Assembly (NCBI GenBank): GCA_964016885.1 | Contig: OZ024743.1 | Location: 357,926,001-357,990,000 of the forward strand | Length of the DNA: 64,000 nucleotides | Source: Eledone cirrhosa | Lineage: Eukaryota | Direction: 5' to 3' | Shown: positions 1-8,828 of the stretch, piece by piece | How positions within the stretch are numbered: the first letter of the stretch is position 1 | How the letters are laid out: each line of letters starts with the position of its first letter | The notes under the pieces: model-generated | Databases searched by the model: none | Told to the model about the DNA's origin: nothing | The model's input: the letters and a program-made list of their open reading frames with translations, nothing else | Position numbers and translations under genes: made by a program

Positions 1-235
1 CTCCATATATACACACATACAGACATACGTAAAACCGTGCACACACACACACATGCGCGCATACACACGCACACACATAGAAGAAGAGATTAAAATGTCT
101 GGAATGTATTTGATCATGGATCAGCTTGCTCAAGGTGAAATACATGTCAAATATCCGGTACGCAAAGAAAGAAAAAAAAAGAAGTAAGCAATAGATCCCG
201 CAATATATGCTGAAAATCAGAGCGAGGAAGGAAGT

Positions 236-307
236 AGCAGAGTGGCGCAGTGGAAGCGTGCTGGGCCCATAACCCAGAGGTCCGTAGATCGAAACTACGC
301 TCTGCTA
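236..307 (+). tRNA. tRNA-iMet: initiator tRNA-Met (CAT), intact
   Basis: 72-nt AGCAGAGTGGCGCAGTGGAAGCGTGCTGGGCCCATAACCCAGAGGTCCGTAGATCGAAACTACGCTCTGCTA; A1:U72 pair, CAT anticodon, initiator-type ATCGAAA T-loop; T-run terminator downstream. Confidence 0.95.
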
Positions 308-711
308 ATCATATGTTTTTTTTTCTTTCAATTAATAAATTATTGCGATATAATTTCCCTATAAAACATTTAAAACAAATTTTATTTAATAGATGTTTGT
401 TATCCTTAAAATTATACTTTACTACTAATATAATTCGACATATATTTTGTAGACGAAGAGATGGTTGCGTCTGGAATACTTTTAATCATGGATCATCTTG
501 ATTAAGACAGATTATTTGTCAATTGATTGGAGGAGAAGGAAAAATACAGGCGGGGAAAATACAGGCGGGGAAAAGGCAACTGTATTTGATCATGGATCAG
601 CTTGCTCAAGGTAAAATACATGTCAAATATCTGGTGGAGAAAGAAAGAAAAAAAAAGAAGTAAGCAATAGATCCCGCAATATATGCTGAAAATCAGAGCG
701 AGGAAGGAAGT

Positions 712-783
712 AGCAGAGTGGCGCAGTGGAAGCGTGCTGGGCCCATAACCCAGAGGTCCGTAGATCGAAACTACGCTCTGCTA
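712..783 (+). tRNA. tRNA-iMet: initiator tRNA-Met (CAT), intact
   Basis: Identical 72-mer to 236-307, followed by a T10 Pol III terminator. Confidence 0.95.
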
Positions 784-1246
784 TCTATTTTTTTTTCTAT
801 CAGTTAATTTTTTTTCTTTCAGTATATTGCGATATAATCTCTCTATAAAACACTTTAAACAAATTTTTATTTAATAGATGTTTGTTAGAGTTTTTAGAAA
901 GGACCCTCACCCCACCAGCTAGGCACCTAATGTCCATAATCTCCCTATAAAACAGCTAGGCAACTAATATCCATAAAATTATGCTTTGCTACTAACATAA
1001 TACGACATATATTTTGTGGCTCACTGAGGACATACTGTTCTATTCTATACAGAAAACATATTGGATAAATTACTTCCAGAGGAAGCTAGTTGTAGAGATG
1101 TCATATCTGGAATAATTTTGATCACAGATCAGCATTTAAAGTAGAATATCTGTTAAATAACCGGTGGAGAAAGAAAAATAAAATGGGTAGAATGGCAGCA
1201 ATAGAGCCTTTAATAAATGCAGGATTTCTCTGGAGTTAGGCAAGTT

Positions 1247-1318
1247 AGCAGATTGGCGCAGTGGAAGCGTGCTGGTCCCAAAACCCAGAGGTTCATAAAT
1301 CGAAACAACGCTCTGTTG
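1247..1318 (+). pseudogene. degenerate tRNA-iMet (type B)
   Basis: Colinear with tRNA-iMet; anticodon changed to CAA, mismatches in T and acceptor stems. Confidence 0.85.
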
Positions 1319-1743
1319 TTTAAAATGTTTCTTTCTGTCAATATATCATTGCCTTATAATCTCCCTATAACACATTTTGTATACTTTTCATCAAATTTTG
1401 TTAAATACGTTTAACTAGAGTTTTAGAAAGGAAATTCAGTCGAGCGGCTAGCTTTTTAATGTCCCAAAAATTACGCTCTACTACCTTTATTATTGAATAT
1501 ATATTGTGTCACTCACTGAGGACATACTGTTCTGTTATATACATAAGACATATATAGGCTAAATTACTACAAGGAAATCATAGACCAAGATATGATCACG
1601 TCAGGAATACTTTTTATCATGGATCAGTTTAATTGAGACAGAATATTTGTCAATTAATTGGAGGAGAAGGAAAAAACAAGAGGGAAAAAGACAACAATAA
1701 AACAGAAAATATATACTTGAATTTACCAGCCAGAAAACAGTTA

Positions 1744-1800
1744 TTAGAGTCATGTTGTGGAAGTATGCTGTGGTTTGTTGATTAATACTACACTCTGTCG
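1744..1800 (+). pseudogene. highly degenerate, internally deleted tRNA-iMet (type C)
   Basis: gtggaagtatgctg...gattaatactacactctg matches the type C copies at 4556 and 5897, with the anticodon arm deleted; boundaries approximate. Confidence 0.6.
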
Positions 1801-1832
1801 ATGTTATTATGGTATAATCTCACTATTTTGTA

Positions 1833-1850
1833 TTCTTCTTCTTCTTCTCC

Positions 1851-1890
<40 letters not shown>
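1833..1890. repeat. (TTC)n microsatellite in tRNA unit spacer
   Basis: Directly visible. Confidence 0.95.
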
Positions 1891-1892
<2 letters not shown>

Positions 1893-2208
1893 ACCATATG
1901 CCCATAGTACCGGATAAACCTACATATATTCACATATATACACATATATATATACCTATGATCACAGATCAGCATTTAAAGTAGAATATCTGTCAAATAA
2001 GCGGTGGCGAAAGAAAAAGAAAATTGGGAAAATGGCAGCAATAGAGCCCTTAATAAATGCAGGATTTCTCTGGAGTTAGCAGGTCGACTGAATGTCCTTT
2101 CTAAAAACTCTAGTAAAACTTATTTAACAAAATTTGATGAAAAGTATACAACATGTGTTATAGGGAGATTATAAGGCAATCACATATTCACAGAAAAAAA
2201 ATTTTAAA

Positions 2209-2280
2209 GAACAGAGCGTAGTTTCGATCTATGAACCTGTGGGTTTTGGGACGAGCACGGTTCCACTGCGCCACTCTGCT
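2209..2280 (-). pseudogene. inverted degenerate tRNA-iMet
   Basis: Reverse complement reads agcagagtggcgcagtggaaccgtgctcgtcccaaaacccacaggttcatagatcgaaactacgctctgttc. Confidence 0.85.
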
Positions 2281-2660
2281 AAGTGGCTTTTGTGGGGTGA
2301 ATTTCCACAAATATTTCTTGCTGCATTATTATTGCCTTCTATTTTTCTTGTTTTTCCATTCTCCGTGAGTTATTTGACAGGTATTCTACCCAGAAGAAAT
2401 TGATCCAAGATCACCGTATTCCACCCATGTTTAGGATTATCTAGGAATAATATATCCAATATATAGCAGGTCGATTGAGCTTTATTTCAAGTAACAAATA
2501 CCTATTAGATCCCAATACTCTCCACGTCTGGATACAGCAGATTTTGTACTGAGAAAGAAAGAGAGGGAGAGAATAAATGTGAGGGAGTGACATAGAGGAA
2601 GAATCTACCCAGTATTTGACTGGTACAGAAGCAGAAATTCACCATTTAAAAACTAATTAG

Positions 2661-2713
2661 AAGCATGCTGAGCCCATAATGCAGAAGTCTGTAGACCAAA
2701 ACTACGTTCTGCA
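2661..2713 (+). pseudogene. 5'-truncated tRNA-iMet fragment
   Basis: aagcatgctgagcccataatgcagaagtctgtagaccaaaactacgttctgc. Confidence 0.7.
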
Positions 2714-2781
2714 ATTCATTTTTTTTTTTTCTGAGTGGAATACATTGATCTTGGATCAACTTCGTCTGGGTAGGGAACTAA

Positions 2782-3335
2782 TGTAGCGAGCTCTGTTTAC
2801 CCCTTGAACCTTGGGTGACACCTAAAGGTCAAATTCTAGTTCACCACCATTTTGGTGTGAACAGGTTGATGTGTTGGCTAACCCCTAAAGGTGCTAGACA
2901 GGAAGCGATAGGTATATAAAGCCTGTATCATCCCACGTTTATATAGAGACATCGGAGCACCCCACTACAGAACAAGCTATGTGAAAGATTCACCACTATC
3001 AACAGACCCCAGTGGTCTACAGAAAGACAAGAAAGATTGGAGCATTACGCTAGCAACTAACTATGTAAAGATTCACCGCTATCTTCAGCCCCTTGAGGTC
3101 TACAGAGACACAGACATCGGAGTACTACGAATTACAACAAGCTATGTAAAGATTCACCGTTATCAACAGGCCCCAGTGGTCTACAGAAATACAGAGAGAA
3201 TAGAGTAACGACGACAACGTCAACCTACTACTACAGACCATTCAGAGGTATACAAACCATTACTCTCTCTCACTCACTATGGTCTCAGACTCACGACGAA
3301 AACTACTATGACGACTGCAACAAACTTCACCATTT
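2782..3335 (+). mobile_element. foreign ~550-bp insert, possibly an LTR fragment, containing three ~85-bp tandem repeats
   Basis: Not homologous to the tRNA units; begins TGTAGCG; TATATAAA at ~2913; repeated ctatgt(g)aaagattcacc...ggtctacaga at ~2977, 3061 and 3142; boundaries approximate. Confidence 0.4.
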
Positions 3336-3356
3336 AATTCACCGTTTAAAAACCAG

Positions 3357-3410
3357 AAGCGTGCTGAGCCCAAAACCCAGAAATCCGTAAACCAAAACTA
3401 CGCTCTGGCA
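3357..3410 (+). pseudogene. 5'-truncated tRNA-iMet fragment
   Basis: aagcgtgctgagcccaaaacccagaaatccgtaaaccaaaactacgctctg; same truncation as the fragment at 2661. Confidence 0.7.
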
Positions 3411-3574
3411 TTCATTTTTTTTTTCTTTCTGAGTGGAATACTTTGATCTTGGATCAACTTCTGGGTAGAATACCTGTCAAATAACTGGTGGAGAATGAAA
3501 AATGCAAGATAAATAGAAGGCAATAATAATACAACAAGAAATATTTGCGGAAATTCAGCAGACGAAAACCAGTT

Positions 3575-3646
3575 AGCAGAGTGGCGCAGTGGAAGCGTGC
3601 TGGGCCCATAACCCAGAGGTCCGTAGATCGAAACTACGCTCTGCTA
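3575..3646 (+). tRNA. tRNA-iMet: initiator tRNA-Met (CAT), intact
   Basis: Identical 72-mer; T8 terminator downstream. Confidence 0.95.
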
Positions 3647-4061
3647 ATCATTTTTTTTCTTTTCTTTCAGTTAATAAGTTATTCCGATATAATCTCCCTA
3701 TAAAACATTTAAACAAATTGTATTTAATAGATGTTTGTTACTCTTTTTCGAAAGGTCCTTCAGCCGACCAGCTAGGCACCTAATGTCCCTAAAATTATGC
3801 TTTACTACTAATATAATTCGACATATATATTGCGCCACACTGAGGACATACTGTTCTATTCCATACAGAAAGCATTGGATAAATTACTTCCAGTTGAAGC
3901 TAGTTGTAGAGATGTCATATCTGGAACACTTTTGATAACAGATCAGCATTTAAAGTAGAATATCTGTCAAATAACGGGTGGAGAAAGAAAAAGAAAATGC
4001 GGACAAATGGCAGCAATAGAGCCCTCAATAAATGCAGGATTTCTCAAGAGTTAAGCAAGTT

Positions 4062-4132
4062 AGCAGAGTGGCGCAGTGGAAGCGTGTTGGTCCCATAACC
4101 GTTGGTTCATAGATCGAAACAACGCTCTGTTG
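4062..4132 (+). pseudogene. degenerate tRNA-iMet (type B)
   Basis: Anticodon stem and T stem disrupted. Confidence 0.85.
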
Positions 4133-4555
4133 CTTAAATGTATCTTTCTGTGAATATGTCATTGACTTATAATCTCCCTGTAACACATTTTGTATACTTT
4201 TCATCAAATTTTCTTAAATAAATTTGACTACAGTTTTTAGAAAGGAAATTCAGTCGACCGGCTAGCTTCTTAATGTCTCGAAAATTACGCTCTACAAGCT
4301 TTACTATTGAATATATATTGTGTCACTCACTGAGGACATAGTATTCTGTTATACACATTAGACATATATAGGCTAAATTACTACATGGAAATCATAGACC
4401 AAGATATGATCACGTCAGGAATACTTTTATCACGGATCAGTTTGATTAAGATAGAATATTTGTCAATTAATTGGAGGAGAAGGAAAAAACAAGAAGGAAA
4501 CAGGCAACAATAAAACAGAAAATATATGCTGGAATTTACACGCCAGAAAACAGTT

Positions 4556-4627
4556 AATACAGTGATGTAGTGGAAGTATTCTGGTCCCATAACACAGTGG
4601 TCTGTTGATTAATACTACACTCTGTCC
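4556..4627 (+). pseudogene. highly degenerate tRNA-iMet (type C)
   Basis: agtgatgtagtggaagtattctggtcccataacacagtggtctgttgattaatactacactctg; CpGs lost. Confidence 0.75.
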
Positions 4628-4659
4628 ATATGTTATTACGGTATAATCTCACTATTTTG

Positions 4660-4829
4660 TCTTCTTCTTCTTCTTCTTCTTCTTCTTCTTCTTCTTCTTC
4701 TTCTTCTTCTTCTTCTTCTTCTTCTTCTTCTTCTTCTTCTTCTTCTTCTTCTTCTTTCTTCTTCTTCTTCTTCTTCTTCTTCTTCTTCTTCTTCTTCTTC
4801 TTCTTCTTCTTCTTCTTCTTCTTCTTCTT
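4660..4829. repeat. (TTC)n microsatellite, ~170 bp
   Basis: Directly visible; one phase shift at ~4755. Confidence 0.97.
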
Positions 4830-4914
4830 TAAATATCGGGTAGGGAAATAAAGAAAACAAAAAGTAATCAATAGATCACGCAATAAATGCTGAATATCAG
4901 CGTGAGGAAAACGT

Positions 4915-4986
4915 AGCAGAGTGGCGCAGTGGAAGCGTGCTGGGCCCATAACCCAGAGGTCCGTAGATCGAAACTACGCTCTGCTA
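4915..4986 (+). tRNA. tRNA-iMet: initiator tRNA-Met (CAT), intact
   Basis: Identical 72-mer; T5 terminator downstream. Confidence 0.95.
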
Positions 4987-5400
4987 ATCAACATTTTTCT
5001 TTTCTTTCAGTTAATAAATTATTGCGATATAATTTCCCTATAAAACATTTAAACAAATTTTATTTAATAGATGTTTGTTACTCTTTTTCGAAAGGTCCTT
5101 CAGCCGACCAGCTAGGCACCTAATGTCCCTAAAATTATGCTTTACTACTAATATAATTCGACATATATATTGCGCCACACTTAGGACATACTGTTCTATT
5201 CTATACAGAAAGCATTGGATAAATTACTTCCAGATGAACCTAGTTGTAGAGATGTCATATCTGGAATACTTTTGATCACAGATCAGCATTTAAAGTAGAA
5301 TATCTGTCCAATAACCGTTGGAAAAAGAAAAACAAAATGGAGAAAATGGCAGCAATAGAGCCCTTCATAACTGCAGGATTTCCCTGGAGTTAGGCAAGTT

Positions 5401-5472
5401 AGCAGAGTGGTGCAGTGGAAGCGTGCTGGTCCCATAACCCAGAGATTCATAGATCGAAACAACACTCTGTTG
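5401..5472 (+). pseudogene. degenerate tRNA-iMet (type B)
   Basis: Multiple stem mismatches relative to the intact copies. Confidence 0.85.
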
Positions 5473-5896
5473 TTTAAAATGTTTCTTACTGTGAATATGT
5501 CATTGCCTTATAATCTCCCTGTAACACATTGTGTATACTTTTCATCAAATTTTCTTAAATAAGTTTTACTAGAGTTTTTAGAAAGGACATTCAGTCTAGC
5601 GGCTAGCTTCTTAATGTCCCAAAAATTACGCTCTACTGGCTTTATTATTGAACATATATTGTGTCACTCATTGAGGACATACTGTTCTGTTATATACATA
5701 AGACATATATAGGCTAAATTACTACAAGGAAATCATACACGAAGACATGATCACGTCAAGAATACTTTTATCACGGATCAGTTTGATTAAGATAGAATAT
5801 TTGTCAATTAATTGGAGGAGAAGGAAAAAACAAGAAGGAAAGAGGCAACAATAAAACAGAAAATATATGCTGGAATTTACCAGGCAGTAAAAAGTT

Positions 5897-5968
5897 AATA
5901 CAGTGATGTAGTGGAAGTATGCTGGTCCCATAACACAGTGGTCTGTTGATTAATACTACACTCTGTCC
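5897..5968 (+). pseudogene. highly degenerate tRNA-iMet (type C)
   Basis: Paralog of 4556-4627, offset 1341 bp. Confidence 0.75.
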
Positions 5969-6000
5969 ATGTGTTATTACGGAATAATCTGACTATTTTG

Positions 6001-6076
6001 TCTTCTTCTTCTTCTTCTTCTTCTTCTTCTTCTTCTTCTTCTTCTTCTTCTTCTTCTTCTTCTTCTTCTTCTTCTT
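6001..6076. repeat. (TTC)n microsatellite
   Basis: Directly visible. Confidence 0.97.
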
Positions 6077-6166
6077 TAAATATCGGGTAGGGAAAGAAAG
6101 AAAACAAAAAGTAATCAATCAATAGATCACGCAATAAATGCTGAATATCAGCGTGAGGAAAACAGT

Positions 6167-6233
6167 AGCAGAGTGGTGCAGTGGAAGCGTGCTGGGCCCA
6201 TAACTCAGAGGTCCGTAGATCGAAACTACGCTC
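6167..6233 (+). pseudogene. 3'-truncated tRNA-iMet
   Basis: Two C>T changes; last 5 nt of the acceptor stem and the terminator are removed by a deletion that jumps to attaattggaggagaagg. Confidence 0.85.
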
Positions 6234-6323
6234 ATTAATTGGAGGAGAAGGAAAAAACAGGAGGGAAAAAGGCAACAATAAAACAGAAAATATATGCTGG
6301 AATTTACACGCCAGGAAACAGTT

Positions 6324-6395
6324 ATTTAAGTGATGTAGTGGAAGTATACTGGTCCCATAACACAGAGGTCTGTTGATTAATACTACACTCTGTCG
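6324..6395 (+). pseudogene. highly degenerate tRNA-iMet (type C)
   Basis: Paralog of the copies at 4556 and 5897. Confidence 0.7.
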
Positions 6396-6434
6396 ATATG
6401 TTATTACCGTATAATCTCACTATAACATATTTTG

Positions 6435-6480
6435 TCTTCTTCTTCTTCTTCTTATCATTATTATTATTATTATTATTATT
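6435..6480. repeat. left junction of the array: (TCT)6 T ATC(ATT)8
   Basis: tttgtcttcttcttcttcttcttATCATTATT...ATT then GAATGCC. Confidence 0.95.
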
Positions 6481-6693
6481 GAATGCCATGGTTGACGGAG
6501 GCTCGGCTCTGTAAGGTATAGTAATTTTTAACCGTTAAAACAATTGTAAATTGTTTAAAACTTGAACCAAATTGTTGATAAAGACACCCTCCTCCTCGTG
6601 AGAGGGGTCTTTCTGTCCGTTATTTGGCCCTTCGGGGTTAAATAGCCAGTTATTGGGGTTTTGTACCCAAAATTTCATTTTAAACAAAAAAAC
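6481..6693 (+). promoter_or_regulatory. 213-nt structured 5' UTR (presumed internal promoter)
   Basis: Hairpins at 6538-6556, 6580-6612 and 6619-6646 (12-bp stem, UUCG loop); promoter role is inferred from L1-clade biology. Confidence 0.55.
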
Positions 6694-8793
6694 ATGGCTA
6701 CCAAAAAAAAAAAATTTCATACGTCACTCCCACTCATTCCGTCTTCTTCTTCCTCAATCATCACTACAGGAGAGAGAAGATTGTCTCTCTCCCTCCCTTC
6801 TTTAAATGTGTCTCTCTCCCTACCTTCTCTTTCGCAAGCGACGAAAGAAAAGAAAAGTCTCGTGCAAAGCGTGCAAGGTTTCTCCACGACGACGACGACA
6901 GCGACGAAACAGGTGTGCGGGAAATACGAAAACCCAGTTCATTCGTCTGACGTCAGGAATAATAGCAGTAGCAGCCGTAATAACAACAGCAACAGTGACA
7001 ATGAAAACAACAGTAGCAGCCGCAACAGCATCACCAGCAGCATAAACAACAACAGCATTAGCAGCAGCAACACCAACAACAACCACAGCAACAGCGGCGG
7101 AGGCAGTAGTCGTAGTGCCTGCAGCAACAACAAAAGTACCAGCAGCTCTGACGACAACAACAACAGCAGAGAAAAACCAATCTCATTTGCAGGTATTGCG
7201 AAAAACCTGGAAACAATCCTCATAACAAATGAGGAATTAGAGGAAGCGAAGAAGATGGTGACAAAGAACGGACACCGAGCAATCTGCAAGGCAGCGAAAA
7301 ATTTTTTCGAAACCCAAGAGCACTGTACGGTCACGTACCGTACAGTAAGTACAAAATCCCGTAGGGTGGAAAGAGCCACAGAGGCCCAAATACAAAAAGC
7401 CTTGGGGTCTGTGTGGCAGAGGAAAACGCACATCACCCGAGGCAAAAAATACGCCACCGTAGACGTACTTTTTGCCACACCCCAGGAGGCAAAGGCCCAA
7501 TCAGTAGTGACCCTAAGGAGCGAGGAAATGGTGTTGGTGCCCTCCTACTGCGGGCAAAAAATTGTGAGGGTCAAACTGACCCACGTCCCCCCCGGAATGA
7601 CCCCTTCTTGGCTGGCCGCGTCTGTCCTCGTCGGAATCGAGGACAAAACAACTGTACTGCAAGTACAGAAAAAAGTAAGAGAAGATTGGGTCGGCTCCTC
7701 CATTGAGATGCTAATCCAAACCAACCAGGAGTGCATCGAAGCTATCCCGGATGTGATAGACTTCGATAACGGCACTCAACTGCCCATAAGTGTTGAGGGC
7801 AAACGCCCGAAATGCTTTCGCTGTGGATCGAAGACTCACCTCAGGGCCTTCTGCAACGAGAAGACCCTGAGAAAGGAGAAAACCCCCCTCCTCCCGAATC
7901 CGGTTCCACGGCTACCAGCAACAGGACAAGCGGCAACCAGGAACGATAGGTCCGTGGCACCCATACCCACTCCACGGAAATCAAAGACAGCAGCAGCAGT
8001 GGAAATATTAACAACAACAACAGCAATACCAAATGCAGCTGCAACAGAGACTCCAGTGCAAACATCACCAACAACAACAAGTGAAAGAGTGGAGCTGGTA
8101 CCCCTCCCCGACCTTACAGAATCAGACATGGAGTGTGAGGTGGGAGAGGGATGGCAAAAGGTCTCAAGAAGGCACAAACGCAGAAGCAGCGCATCGTCGC
8201 CTTTGAAAAGGGAGGAAAGAAATGAGAAAAGGGTAAAGTCTACTGCAAAGAGACCCACAGCAGCAACACCACCAACACCATCACCACCCACACCAGCACC
8301 ACCATCACCACCGGCGACAACCCCACCGCCAACAACACCTTCAACACCACCACCACAAGCACCAACATCGCAAACACAACAACAAAACACACACACCCAG
8401 CAACAACGACAAGAAAATAGCAGAACCACACCCCACCCCCAGAAAAACAAATGCACGGCAATAAACACACACAACAAGAAACTAATGACTTACATAATTG
8501 AACACACAGACATTTCACAACAGGACTACATAATACCAGCACCAATCAAAACGCCAACTAACATAAGACTGCTAAAAATAGCACAGAAACAATACACAAA
8601 CATTAAAACGAAATTCCCCAACGCAGTTGGTGATTTCAGGGACCTAGGAGGAACCATTAATCGAAGAGTATATTCAGACATTCTCTTAGAAGAGCCGACG
8701 ACCAGCCGAAGGGACGATTCAACGGTCCCTTCACCAGACGATCAAGTGAAAAGGGATGTAAAAACCATCCCTCCTCTACCAAAAATACGGTAA
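6694..8793 (+). CDS. ORF1p, gag-like nucleic-acid-binding protein with CCHC knuckle (copy 1, 699 aa from ATG)
   Basis: CFRCGSKTHLRAFC = CX2CX4HX4C; first ATG in aacATGG context (the track start at 6661 is TTG); low-complexity S/N and P/T/Q flanks. Confidence 0.9.
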   Translation: MATKKKKFHTSLPLIPSSSSSIITTGERRLSLSLPSLNVSLSLPSLSQATKEKKSLVQSVQGFSTTTTTATKQVCGKYENPVHSSDVRNNSSSSRNNNSNSDNENNSSSRNSITSSINNNSISSSNTNNNHSNSGGGSSRSACSNNKSTSSSDDNNNSREKPISFAGIAKNLETILITNEELEEAKKMVTKNGHRAICKAAKNFFETQEHCTVTYRTVSTKSRRVERATEAQIQKALGSVWQRKTHITRGKKYATVDVLFATPQEAKAQSVVTLRSEEMVLVPSYCGQKIVRVKLTHVPPGMTPSWLAASVLVGIEDKTTVLQVQKKVREDWVGSSIEMLIQTNQECIEAIPDVIDFDNGTQLPISVEGKRPKCFRCGSKTHLRAFCNEKTLRKEKTPLLPNPVPRLPATGQAATRNDRSVAPIPTPRKSKTAAAVEILTTTTAIPNAAATETPVQTSPTTTSERVELVPLPDLTESDMECEVGEGWQKVSRRHKRRSSASSPLKREERNEKRVKSTAKRPTAATPPTPSPPTPAPPSPPATTPPPTTPSTPPPQAPTSQTQQQNTHTQQQRQENSRTTPHPQKNKCTAINTHNKKLMTYIIEHTDISQQDYIIPAPIKTPTNIRLLKIAQKQYTNIKTKFPNAVGDFRDLGGTINRRVYSDILLEEPTTSRRDDSTVPSPDDQVKRDVKTIPPLPKIR

Positions 8794-8828
8794 GTGGTCT
8801 TTCCCATCTTTTCCACTCTATTTTAAAC

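Larger units (their letters stand above)
3575..6453 (+). repeat. ~1340-bp tandem unit of three tRNA-iMet-derived sub-repeats plus (TTC)n
   Basis: Offsets 3575>4915 (1340), 4062>5401 (1339), 4556>5897 (1341); a related unit at 712-1890. Confidence 0.9.

Noticed and set aside
250-6278. Short ORFs such as MEACWAHNPEV... and poly-E/K/S/F ORFs
   Set aside because: They are translations of tRNA genes and TTC microsatellites
6586-6612. TCCTCGT resembles the L3 loop of R2/HDV-like ribozymes
   Set aside because: The flanking P3 would be TCC/GAG (mismatched), no GG for P1.1 follows the would-be P1 strand, and the segment folds well as a simple hairpin
6661-6693. ORF1 start given by the track
   Set aside because: It is a TTG; the first ATG at 6694 is in good context and is the more likely start
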